Positions 30,555 to 39,621 of a stretch of DNA of 64,000 bases are shown here, piece by piece. The notes under the pieces were generated by a model. It searched no databases. It had not been told where the DNA came from and saw nothing but the letters and a program-made list of their open reading frames with translations. Location of the stretch: assembly GCA_963718615.1 (NCBI GenBank), contig OY970368.1, positions 128,001-192,000 of the forward strand, written 5' to 3'. Both the position numbers and the translations under genes were made by a program. Source of the DNA: an uncultured cyanobacterium. Lineage in GTDB: Bacteria; Cyanobacteriota; Cyanobacteriia; PCC-9006; JAAUQQ01. Within the stretch, counting starts at the first letter, position 1. Each line of letters begins with the position of its first letter.

Positions 30555-31275
30555 TTAGGACACCGTTAGCACCTGAAAGCGCTGGAGCAGCATGGCATTA
30601 TCCGGTGTCAGCAGGTTTTGCAGATAGTTGACATCGTCTAGCAAGGTCAGCTCACGGGCACATTCCGATTCTAGAACTCGGATGTAGCGCTGGCGCTCGC
30701 CATCAGACGCAGCAGACTTAAGCAAATGCAACGCCATATTGATATTTGACACCGGTTCCCGCAAATCCTGGGCAATCCGTTGCAACAAATTCGATTTCAG
30801 TATTTCTAGCTGCTGCGTATCCTTAAGACGACGCTGACTTTCCGCAAGCTCCTGTTGCAGCGATTGGGTCAACCCTTGCCGCTGCTCTAGGGCCACAGTC
30901 AAGCTCTCTTGCCGTCGTAGGCGGCCCTGAATCGCGCCTTGCAGGGCTGCCAGGTTCAAAGGGCTTCATCAGATAATCATCCGCCCCCAGGTCCATCCCC
31001 TGGCGCGCTTCCGTCAGGCTAGAGGGCATGGTGAGCAACAACAGCGGCATGAGCAGGGTTTTGGCATCCTGCCGAAGGGCACAAACCAGGGTTGAACAGT
31101 CAATCTCCGGGTTTTGGAGATCGCAAATCACCAAATGAGGCAACGCCGATTGGGCCTTAGCTAAGCCGGTTTGGACATTTTCTGCATAGAGTAACTCCAC
31201 TTCCTCCGGCGCGAGCATCTCTGCGATCGCCCCTTGAAGTGCTTCATCTGCGCCAATTAGCAAAATTTTTTTCAT
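30555..31275 (-). pseudogene. Response regulator (REC + degenerate HisKA-like helix), split by a 1-nt frameshift near 30957
   Basis: The REC half ends GADDYLMKPF. Removing one base joins it to NLAALQGAIQGRLRRQ...IAQDLREPVSNINMAL in ORF 30555..30959. Confidence 0.75.
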
Positions 31276-31496
31276 ATCAATCCGGAACCGCTGCCGGTTC
31301 TCTTCCCCGAGTACAAGATGAATGAGACCACGCTCTCTCCATTGAAACTCGCGGACTCTGACAAATCACACCGAACAAGTCCGGAATCTAGCCCAGGCTT
31401 GGCTTACGAGGATTATCCGAGATCGCTCCACCATCAGCTCCCTTGATTTACGGAGCAACCCTCTGCGTAATACGCAGGGGCACAAATCTAGGATTT

Positions 31497-31555
31497 TTTA
31501 TCCCAAACGCTTTATCCCAAACGCTTTATCCCAAACGCTTTATCCCAAGCCTTTA
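31497..31555. repeat. 14-bp tandem repeat (~x4) downstream of the second hetZ paralog
   Basis: TTTATCCCAAACGC x3 plus TTTATCCCAAGCCT. Confidence 0.9.
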
Positions 31556-31558
31556 AAC

Positions 31559-32692
31559 CTAGGCAACTGCGTTGCGGATTTCTTGGGCTGTCAAATAGAG
31601 TTTCCCCCAGGAGCGCATGGCCTGAGTCGTCCGCCAGCCCAGTTCTTTGGCGATCGCCTCCAGCGGTTTTCCCGTTTTCATTCCCGCCAAAAGACTCTGT
31701 TCTTCCTCTTCTAGACGCTGCTCTAGAACCTGCCACTGGTTTTCATTCAGCCCTAAGTTATGCTCTCGCACGGACGTCCCTAGCCAATCCGTCACCAGTT
31801 CCGGTTCCACTTTGAGCGAAAATACCTGAACGGCATGGTAGCTGACCTTTTCCCGCAATCGATAGACCTTTTTGATCGGAATTCCCAGATCGGCGGCGAT
31901 CGCATCCTGGGTATAACCCTGTAAATAGAGCCGCAGCCAATCCACCGCCTGGGGTTCAACGCGATCGCTCAAATAAGCCTCAAACTCATCTTGAACCGCC
32001 TTGCGCTGGGCTTGGGTTTGCTCCCAGTCCTGCTGCTGCTGAAACTGCGCCAACGCCTCATGGTCGAACAGACTCATGGGCGTATCTTCCGTATCCGGCG
32101 CAATTTCCTCCGAAATCAAACGCACCATTTCCTTCGCCGGAACCTGGGTTAATCCGCCCCGCTGGGACCGATTGAGATAATTCACAAACCGGTAGACCAA
32201 CAGCGGCTGATTGCGAATCGGACGGAGACAATATTCTTCTAAACTAGCCAACAGCAAGGTATTGCGCAGTTGAGAGCTCGGTGTACATTGACGAATCCAG
32301 CCCATCTGCCGTTGTAGGTGGCGATCGCTTTGGAGCATCTCCTGAATCACTTCCCCCAAGACATCCACGACACTGCGGTAGCGATCGCGGCTTTGGGAGA
32401 CCCAGGTACGAATTTTGCTACGGATAAGGAAAAGACTGCTCAGGCGGCGCATCAGACGCTGATAGGTTTGCTGAGATCCGACTCCGAGATAACGCTGAGT
32501 CAAAATTCGGTAACGGTAATCCATCGCCTGCTGTGCCAGAGTGAGCTCCTGCTCATCAAGCCGATCAAACCGATCTTGGTCTTCCCCCAGCAACCATTGC
32601 ACAATGCTGGCTTTCGTGGCTTGGGACTGTTTGGGGCAGTCTTCATTGAGCCGCGTCATCCATTCCGTTGTGAGGGTGTCCGCCAGTGCCAT
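31559..32692 (-). CDS. HetZ-related protein (second paralog) with two C-terminal HTH-like motifs
   Basis: SIVQWLLGED..QAMDYRYRIL, EEYCLRPIRNQPLL, HTH LYLQGYTQDAIAADLGIPIKKVYRLREK. The WL....HNLGL motif is shared with 34692..35834. Confidence 0.75.
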   Translation of the reverse strand: MALADTLTTEWMTRLNEDCPKQSQATKASIVQWLLGEDQDRFDRLDEQELTLAQQAMDYRYRILTQRYLGVGSQQTYQRLMRRLSSLFLIRSKIRTWVSQSRDRYRSVVDVLGEVIQEMLQSDRHLQRQMGWIRQCTPSSQLRNTLLLASLEEYCLRPIRNQPLLVYRFVNYLNRSQRGGLTQVPAKEMVRLISEEIAPDTEDTPMSLFDHEALAQFQQQQDWEQTQAQRKAVQDEFEAYLSDRVEPQAVDWLRLYLQGYTQDAIAADLGIPIKKVYRLREKVSYHAVQVFSLKVEPELVTDWLGTSVREHNLGLNENQWQVLEQRLEEEEQSLLAGMKTGKPLEAIAKELGWRTTQAMRSWGKLYLTAQEIRNAVA

Positions 32693-32999
32693 CGAATACA
32701 TCCTAAGCTTGGCCTTTCTTTGATTGTTTCACGAGAATTGCCATGTGGGGCATGACATCTATCTATTCGCAGGAAACTTGCCCATTATGCACAATCTCGG
32801 GCGGTTTCTAACTCTAGCCCGAAGCGTCCCCGGTCAGGGTCCATAGCGTTCGTCGGTTGGTTCATGAAGAACAACAGCAAGAACAGGAGACCTGGCAGGA
32901 TTGGGCTAGGATTCGAAACTGAATCCTGTGGTTTCTCCCCGCTTGCCGATGACTGCACGCTCCTTGACACCAAGCTGCCCGACAGCCCATCTGAAGACG

Positions 33000-33563
33000 A
33001 TGCCACCTGGTGAGCCTGGTTTCTTCTACTTTGCCTACGGGTCCTGCATGTGCCCAGTGGACCTCAAGCGTACGCTGGGTGAGGATACTCACCCCTACGT
33101 CCTAGGACCAGCCTTGCTTCAGGGCTATCGGCTCGGTTTTTACCGACGATCGCCCCGGCGAAATTGCGGGGTTCTAGATATTGTGCCCGTGGCGAAGGGT
33201 TGGATTGAGGGGGTTTTGTATCATTTGCCCTGGCGGTTAAGCGATCGCCTCGACGAACGCGAGGAAGTCTCCACCGGCGGCTATCGACGGGAAGGAATCA
33301 GCGTGTCCTATCAAGGGCAGCAGTATGACGATGTACGCACCTACGTTGTCGTCAACAAACTGCCCACAGAACTCGCCCCCAACGACTGGTATTTCAACGT
33401 TGTTTTACGTGGCGCAGTTACCTGTGGCCTGTCAGAACATTACTGCTGGCAGCTCTTCCACCACATGACCCATTTACAAGGGCAACCACAAGCACAAGCA
33501 CAAGCACAATCACAGCCAAAGCCACAACTACAAAGCTCACCTTGCCAAGCCACATGGGCTTAA
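33000..33563 (+). CDS. Gamma-glutamylcyclotransferase (GGCT/AIG2-like)
   Basis: YFAYGSCM, GYRLGF, GVLY, LDERE. The start is uncertain (32928/32949/33000). QA-repeat C-terminal tail. Confidence 0.88.
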   Translation: MPPGEPGFFYFAYGSCMCPVDLKRTLGEDTHPYVLGPALLQGYRLGFYRRSPRRNCGVLDIVPVAKGWIEGVLYHLPWRLSDRLDEREEVSTGGYRREGISVSYQGQQYDDVRTYVVVNKLPTELAPNDWYFNVVLRGAVTCGLSEHYCWQLFHHMTHLQGQPQAQAQAQSQPKPQLQSSPCQATWA

Positions 33564-33568
33564 TCCAC

Positions 33569-33610
33569 AAAAAAGCCTAGGGTCATGAGCATCGTGCTTC
33601 AACCCTAGGC
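33569..33610 (-). terminator. Intrinsic terminator after hetZ-patU
   Basis: Minus strand reads GCCTAGGGT...ACCCTAGGC followed by TTTTTT. Confidence 0.7.
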
Positions 33611-33666
33611 ACAGTTTTCGTCAAACAGTTTTCGTCAAATCAACCAGGGCTCCCAGAGCCCCAAGA

Positions 33667-34665
33667 CTAGAGCTGGATGGCAAATCCCAGCGGAGCATCT
33701 CCACCCACTAGGCTGACTTGCAACCGACAAATCGACTCCGGCTGAAGCATCATTTGCAGGACAACGGAACCAGATTCGGTGCGTTCGGCCTGGGTACGCT
33801 GGGCACCCTGCTCTAGTCGCACACTGCCTCCGGCTGGCAACTCGGCTTCAACCCGCAACGTACCGTCCCCATAGGCTAAATGCAGGAGCAGCGGACCTGC
33901 CGCTGTTTCCCAAGACTGACTGATGCTAGGCTCTGCTGCCGACAGCTTCAGCGTCAGACGATTCAGCATTTCGTAGGCCGCAATCATCGCCAGCGTTAGC
34001 TGCTGCTGCTGCGGAGCCGAGGCGTAAGTCTCCGGCATACTATTGCCCAACAAACGCGTCGCCAAGCCTTCGCCATCCCGGCTATAGCCCAAGCGGACCG
34101 CATTGGCCAGCAAATTTAGAGACTGGGGATCAACCGCAAAGAGAGACTCTACTGCTTCTACTAGGCGACGACCGTCTTGGACCGCAGACTGAGCCAAGTC
34201 CTGACAACGCTGAAACAGCTTCGCCAAGATCTCATCAGGCAACGCAACCGGCAAACGGAGCTGACGCAGCTGGGGCTCCCAAGCCGACAGGCCAAGGGTA
34301 GCCGGTAAGGTATCCTCATATTCCATAAGCTCTGTTTCCCAGGGGAAAAGGGGCGGGCGAGCTTCCATTTCCCGCTGGAACCTCTGCTTCAGCAGGGTAT
34401 AAAAGCGTTCTTGTACCACAGATTTTGCTCCCAGTTTAAGTGGTTCGTGCCCTGAAGATCGAGGGATAGCTTTCCCATCAAAAAGATGCATGGTCTCAGG
34501 ACTAAGACTCGGCGCGGGGTCTGTGAGTGATGCATCCCCAAGCGAGTCAGCCCAAACCTCAGAATCAAGCGGGTCAGGGGTTTCAAACCACAGTGCATCC
34601 GCAGGATGCTCCTGGAATAACCAGGCCAAGAACCGCTCCTCTAAGGTGTATGTGTCCCTATTCAT
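33667..34665 (-). CDS. patU: PatU-family protein (single ORF covering the PatU5- and PatU3-like parts)
   Basis: DPLDSE, VQERFYTLLKQRF..PPLFPWE, W..QL..L.LP, QQLTLAMIAAYEML motifs; directly downstream of the hetZ-like gene as in Nostocales. ATG at 34665. Confidence 0.78.
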   Translation of the reverse strand: MNRDTYTLEERFLAWLFQEHPADALWFETPDPLDSEVWADSLGDASLTDPAPSLSPETMHLFDGKAIPRSSGHEPLKLGAKSVVQERFYTLLKQRFQREMEARPPLFPWETELMEYEDTLPATLGLSAWEPQLRQLRLPVALPDEILAKLFQRCQDLAQSAVQDGRRLVEAVESLFAVDPQSLNLLANAVRLGYSRDGEGLATRLLGNSMPETYASAPQQQQLTLAMIAAYEMLNRLTLKLSAAEPSISQSWETAAGPLLLHLAYGDGTLRVEAELPAGGSVRLEQGAQRTQAERTESGSVVLQMMLQPESICRLQVSLVGGDAPLGFAIQL

Positions 34666-34691
34666 TGCCGAGTGCCCCTCTCCGGAAAAAT

Positions 34692-35834
34692 TTAATCCTC
34701 GGCAGCCATTTGTGCCTTTGAGGCAGGCCGATTGCGGAGGTCCCAAGCCTGTTCTAGCATTTTGGACCACTGCCGATTCATCTGCGCAACCGTGCATCCT
34801 AGGTTTTTGGCGATCGCACTATCCTGCACTTGCTCCTGCTTCATCCGTAACAAGTCTGTCTGTTTCGCATTAAGACTATCCTGAAAGACCTCCCATTCTT
34901 GGGGTAATAGCCCCAGGTTATTGTCTAAATCAGCTTCGAGCCACTGGTGCACCAATTCCCACTGGTGCGACATGGAAAATCGAATCAGATGATACTTAAA
35001 GCGCTGCTGCAAATAGTCCCGTTCCCGTGGGGTGAGCCCTAGGATTTCTTCAATTTCACTGGCGGATAGGTCCTGAAGCCGCAGGATAAAGTAATTGGCA
35101 CAGTCCGTCTGCTGTCGAGCCTCTAAATAGCCCAACAGCTCTTGAACTACCTTTTCCCGCAGGGCATCTTCAGCCGGTTCTAGGTCTTGAGCCACCATCT
35201 GCTCCCGCACCTGCTGGAGCGAGGCATTGCCGCGCGCATCATCGGACTCCGAGGTGCTCCCTTCCGCTGCTTGCTCCAGATCGACGAGAGATTCCTGGGG
35301 CTGTTGCTGGGAGAAAGTTTGAACCCGCAGAATGATCAGCTGTTGGCTACGACCGTAGGGGAGCGGAATCCGTCGTTTGGCATAGCGCTCGGTGAACGCC
35401 ATGTATTCGGCTAATTCCAACAGGGTTCGGGGCTGGTAGTCCTCCGCCGATTGCGTCTCCCGACGAAAGACATTGAGGCCCTCCATATAAAAGCCCTGGA
35501 GGAAGTCCTCAATCAGGGTCAGACGGGCCTGATAACTGGCCTGGGCCTTGGCCGGGGTAATATACCGATAAATCACTGCGCTCAAGGTACTATGCAGCTC
35601 CACGCGGCCTTGACGGTGCCCTAGACGGTAGTACTTCAAGCACTGGGACAGCCGATGACGCGCTAAATTTTCGGCCCAAGCTGCGACTTCACCCGATGAC
35701 TGAATGCGATGACTCTCAGTACAGATGCGTTCAACTTCCTCTGCCAGACGAAAGGCGATCGCACGGCAGTTCGAATCGGACGCTCGGGTGGCCTGTCTGA
35801 GCTCGTTGTACAACAGATTGAAAGTTGTCTCCAC
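34692..35834 (-). CDS. hetZ: HetZ-family developmental regulator
   Basis: EVERIC..S.RIQ.SG, GRVELHSTLSAVIYRYI, LIEDFLQGFY, PRTLLELAEYMAFTERYAKRRI, QQLIILR, LGLTPRERDYLQQRFKYH, WELVHQWLEA..NLGL. Confidence 0.82.
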   Translation of the reverse strand: METTFNLLYNELRQATRASDSNCRAIAFRLAEEVERICTESHRIQSSGEVAAWAENLARHRLSQCLKYYRLGHRQGRVELHSTLSAVIYRYITPAKAQASYQARLTLIEDFLQGFYMEGLNVFRRETQSAEDYQPRTLLELAEYMAFTERYAKRRIPLPYGRSQQLIILRVQTFSQQQPQESLVDLEQAAEGSTSESDDARGNASLQQVREQMVAQDLEPAEDALREKVVQELLGYLEARQQTDCANYFILRLQDLSASEIEEILGLTPRERDYLQQRFKYHLIRFSMSHQWELVHQWLEADLDNNLGLLPQEWEVFQDSLNAKQTDLLRMKQEQVQDSAIAKNLGCTVAQMNRQWSKMLEQAWDLRNRPASKAQMAAED

Positions 35835-36272
35835 GCCTCAGATCCCCTGATGAATACGGTAGCTAATATTGACCCTAACATATGGGCTTAGGGCTTCATG
35901 GAAAACTTGCGAAAGCCTGAAACCATCAAACATTCGTAAAAACTTATGTGGTAGAAATGACTGCAAAAGTAGCTTCGATTACGCCCTGAGAGTCGATGTC
36001 TAGTTGCAGCCCTGAATCTGAGATAAAAGCTTATACAGCGGATGAAAGCCCGCTCTAGGATAGCGAAGATCCGTATTAATGGACGGAATCAATGGACGAA
36101 CAGCCGCAGCCTGAGCCGAACTACCCTAGTATCCCTAGGGAGGTAATGTCATCATAATCGCTACCCGATTACGCAATGGACCCGAGCCATGTTAACCGTA
36201 AAAGCCACCGATAGCACAACAGATAAAACATGCTAAGGTGTCGGCCTAAGCGATTTATGGGGCATTTACGCC

Positions 36273-36767
36273 ATGGAGAGCCTCGACCAACAGATTAAGG
36301 TGCTGATTGAACAGGCCCCTCAGGACGGCATTACCGCGACTCTCGTAAGGGTCATTGCACCGCTCCTTAAGCAAATGGCGAGCCAGCTAAGGCACCATCA
36401 GTATTATGTGCTTCAGACCCTAGATGCAGGCTGGATCGTAACAACCCTGAGTAATCGTACAAAGCCTGAGTTAGAAAAATCAGTTATTTACGCATTTCCT
36501 ACCTACGATGATGCCCAGCGGCAGGCCACCGACAACAGGGAGGAAGAAAGCTTAATTATTCCTATACCAATTATCCATATTCTGTTTCGGCTCATTGCCC
36601 TCCAACGGGTGGATAGCGCGATTTTCTTTGAAAGCAAAGGTGATTCGCGGCAGGGAATCGAAATTCGCTGTGATGATTTGCAACGCCAAGTACAGGCGCA
36701 GATTGCAGCCTATCAAGCTCAGCTACGTTCTACAGAACCGCGCAATCCTCCTCCGGATATTGCGTGA
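36273..36767 (+). CDS. Conserved cyanobacterial hypothetical protein
   Basis: Clean 164-aa ORF divergent from hetZ (LIEQAPQDG, YYVLQ, W.VTTLSNR, VIYAFPT, VDS.IFFE). Confidence 0.75.
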   Translation: MESLDQQIKVLIEQAPQDGITATLVRVIAPLLKQMASQLRHHQYYVLQTLDAGWIVTTLSNRTKPELEKSVIYAFPTYDDAQRQATDNREEESLIIPIPIIHILFRLIALQRVDSAIFFESKGDSRQGIEIRCDDLQRQVQAQIAAYQAQLRSTEPRNPPPDIA

Positions 36768-36820
36768 AGGAAGGATGAAGTGAAAAAATTTGACGAGACA
36801 TTTTCAGCGTTTTGCGCTAC

Positions 36821-37603
36821 CTAGGTTCCCACGGGTTCAGCCCCGGCTGTTTTTTTCGTGCGGAAGGTCACGTTAGAGCCATCCTGCATTTGTTCTAGCA
36901 CCAACAGCGGCGTGGGTTTGGCTTTTTGGTCCCATTCCATATGGGCCAAGCGTCCTTGAATCGTCGGTTGCCAGTAATCGTCTTCCGCATTCGGGCTGAG
37001 AAACGCTTCAATACAGTCAATGAGCTGCTGAATGGTTTGCGAGCTTGCTTGGGTGGGAAGTTTAACCAAACGAATCTGGATCCGAAAGAGGACCCGTTTT
37101 TCTTGACCCAGGAGACTATCGCCGGGGCAATAGAACACATCGAAGGTTTCATCAATCTGACGCCCTGCGCTGGCAACCCCAATCACACCGAGATCCGCCT
37201 GCTTGGGTCGTAGGGCGAGGGCGATCGTTTCTTTAATTTGGATTTTGATCGTATTGAGAATCGCGAAGTTAAACGTATCCTCGGCCATACGCATGCGCAG
37301 ATAGTCAAGGTTAAAATCTCGCGAATGCATGAGGTCGGGATTTTGCTCCATCTTGGTGATGGTTTTCAGGGCTAGCTTGAGCTTTTTCTTCAGCTCCCGG
37401 CCTTTGAAATTTTCGAACTTTAACTGTTTTTGCAGATGTCGCAACCGCAGGCGTAGTAAGACATTAGTCCCGATAAGCGCGACTAAGAGGACACCGGAGG
37501 AGCATATCCAGAGCTCACCATTGTTGGCACTGAGTGCAGATGGCAAAGAGGCTGCACCGGATGCGGCAGTTACTTGTTTTTGGGCCGCGAGCGAACCTGA
37601 CAT
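36821..37603 (-). CDS. Hypothetical membrane-anchored coiled-coil protein
   Basis: One N-terminal TM, basic coiled coil, NPDL.HSRDFNLDYLRMRM and WQPTIQGR..WDQKAKPTPLLVLEQ blocks; SD AGGAGG upstream. Confidence 0.8.
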   Translation of the reverse strand: MSGSLAAQKQVTAASGAASLPSALSANNGELWICSSGVLLVALIGTNVLLRLRLRHLQKQLKFENFKGRELKKKLKLALKTITKMEQNPDLMHSRDFNLDYLRMRMAEDTFNFAILNTIKIQIKETIALALRPKQADLGVIGVASAGRQIDETFDVFYCPGDSLLGQEKRVLFRIQIRLVKLPTQASSQTIQQLIDCIEAFLSPNAEDDYWQPTIQGRLAHMEWDQKAKPTPLLVLEQMQDGSNVTFRTKKTAGAEPVGT

Positions 37604-37780
37604 GCGTTGACGCCTCCTGAATCCTCACTGTTTGATTTGTAGCGAGGATAAGGGGGAGGCAGGATCGGGGGAGGTACGGAAAAAATAGGGGAGCGTCGTG
37701 GAGGGGGAGGGGAGATTGACTAGAGGGGTATGGGGAAGAGGGAAGTAGGAAAGAGGGAATGGGGGATGAAGAAGAGAGCT

Positions 37781-39526
37781 TCAGTTAGTCCAGCGGGCAC
37801 GGTAGCTGCGGGCGTCGAGGTGGCAGAGATAGGGAAACTTGACATAGCGCCCTAGACCGCCGGGCCACCAGGGGTCGAAGGTCCAGTAGAGCTGGTTGCC
37901 GGTGAGGCCATCAACGTAGAAATCAACGGCGTCACCGACGATATGGCGACTGTAGGGGGCTCCGCCGACAGCGCGGTTAACATCGGGGGGACGATACCAA
38001 CTGGTGACAATGAAGGGGCGATCGATCCGGTCAAAGGCCCGTTGAGCCAACTGGGCAATCCGGACAATGGCATCGACGGTGGCTTGGTTGGGGGGCATGC
38101 GGGTGCCGCCGTGGGTGGCCTGGGCCCAGGTGAAATGGCCTCCGGGGATAATGGCGGCGTAGAGCTGAATATTGCGGGTGGTCCAGCGGGTGGGACGGGG
38201 CGGCGGCGGGACGGGCTTAGGTTTGGGGGGAGCCTCGGGGGTATTGGGGCGGGCCGTGGCCATGGCTTTGACTTCTTCGACGAGAGAGTTAATCACTTGG
38301 GTTTGATTCGGGGTTTCGCGCCAGAGCTGAACCAGGCGGACAAGGGCTTGGCGTTGGTGGTCGGTCTGGCCGTAGTTGCCAGGGATACGGCGAATGAAGT
38401 TGAGCAGTTCGCGATCGAGCTGAGAAGCGGCCTGCTGGATCGTCGCGGCGGAGAGTTGTTGTTCGCCACTAAATATATCGGCGTTGATCCCTAAGGCCAT
38501 AAGGGCGGTGCTGCGGGAATCGAGCTGCCGCCAAAGGCGAAAGGCTTCAGTGAGGGCGTGGCGTTGGGATCCTGCCCCTTGGTAGTACTGGGGAATGCGC
38601 TGGACAAAGGAGAGGAGCGCGGGGTCGATGGCGGTGAGGTTGGGACGGGGGATGGTGTCTTTGCGGAGGGAGGCGATCGCCTGCTCCCGCGAATTCAATT
38701 CCCGCCAAAGCTGGGCCAATCGCAGCAACGCCTCTCGCTGATGGGGATAACCACTGTAGTTCACCGATAATCGCTGAATGAACTGCACCAGCATCCGATT
38801 CAGATGGGCAGGCGGCGATGTCTCGGACAGTCCTAGGGATGTAATAACCGCAGCATGGTCCGGCAGTTTCCGCCAAATCCGACCGGCTTCAAGCAGGGCA
38901 TCCCGCTGGCTGGGCAACCCTCGGTAGTAGGCCGGAATTCGTTCAACGAGCTGGAGCAGTGCTTTGTCGAGAAACGCAAGATTGTGGGGGGCCTGATCAA
39001 TGGAGAGGTCCGCTTGGGCGTCGGTAAAATAGGCCTGTTTGAGAATTTGGAAATTGCAGGGTAGCAGCCGCGCCACGCCGGGTTCCGCTGGGCTGGGCGT
39101 ATAACCGGCAGCCACTTGCTTGAGAAAACCGTCACCATAGCCCCCGGCATCGGCATTCCACAGATCCAGGGGAGAAATTTTTTTGTCGATCAGCTGGTCC
39201 GTCAGATTGCGCAACGTCGTAGCCGCGACCTGGACTTGCTCTTCAAAACTGTCCAACGCCGACGCCGTGACCGGCGCAAAGGGAACAACCCCCAGCGTAC
39301 CGCTATCGGTTCCTTGAGCCTCTCGCCGAGCTGCCTCATCCTGAACCGCCATTTCCTCTTCTGGCAAGGCATCCTGGGGCTGGGGGGTCACCTCCGGCAG
39401 CACGGCGCGGGCTGCACCCGGATTATGGGCCGCATAAAGCCCTGCCAGGATCGACTTGTGAATTCCGACTCGGGCGGCTTCTAGAAGGTAGAGATAGTTG
39501 CGCTGATCCGCGTTGAGAGCTGTCAT
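37781..39526 (-). CDS. Peptidase M15A (D-Ala-D-Ala Zn metallopeptidase) with long repetitive N-terminal region
   Basis: C-terminal VTSWYRPP.VN..VGGA..SRHIVGDAVD and HLDAR Zn motifs; Pro-rich linker. Confidence 0.85.
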   Translation of the reverse strand: MTALNADQRNYLYLLEAARVGIHKSILAGLYAAHNPGAARAVLPEVTPQPQDALPEEEMAVQDEAARREAQGTDSGTLGVVPFAPVTASALDSFEEQVQVAATTLRNLTDQLIDKKISPLDLWNADAGGYGDGFLKQVAAGYTPSPAEPGVARLLPCNFQILKQAYFTDAQADLSIDQAPHNLAFLDKALLQLVERIPAYYRGLPSQRDALLEAGRIWRKLPDHAAVITSLGLSETSPPAHLNRMLVQFIQRLSVNYSGYPHQREALLRLAQLWRELNSREQAIASLRKDTIPRPNLTAIDPALLSFVQRIPQYYQGAGSQRHALTEAFRLWRQLDSRSTALMALGINADIFSGEQQLSAATIQQAASQLDRELLNFIRRIPGNYGQTDHQRQALVRLVQLWRETPNQTQVINSLVEEVKAMATARPNTPEAPPKPKPVPPPPRPTRWTTRNIQLYAAIIPGGHFTWAQATHGGTRMPPNQATVDAIVRIAQLAQRAFDRIDRPFIVTSWYRPPDVNRAVGGAPYSRHIVGDAVDFYVDGLTGNQLYWTFDPWWPGGLGRYVKFPYLCHLDARSYRARWTN

Positions 39527-39621
39527 GGTTGAGGACTCACTCGGCTAACGCCTATTTGACCACGGATCCATTTAAGCGTGCCGATTTCATCTCAGGATTG
39601 AATTTTCTAGGGGAATGCCCG

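Noticed and set aside
30950-30966. CTTTGA at the REC frameshift as a prfB-like programmed +1 shift
   Set aside because: CTT-TGA is not in the reading frame (codons CCC TTT GAA), so a simple indel is more parsimonious.
31497-31555. Short repeat arrays here and at 862-893, 12715-12772, 23580-23620, 33611-33639 and 62860-62889 as possible CRISPR arrays
   Set aside because: The units are 8-16 bp, essentially adjacent and without unique ~30-40 bp spacers. No cas genes are present.
31380-34686. TCCGGA (DIF1-like) hexamers near the hetZ locus (31380, 34681)
   Set aside because: A 6-bp palindrome is expected many times by chance, and no matching -10 spacing was established.
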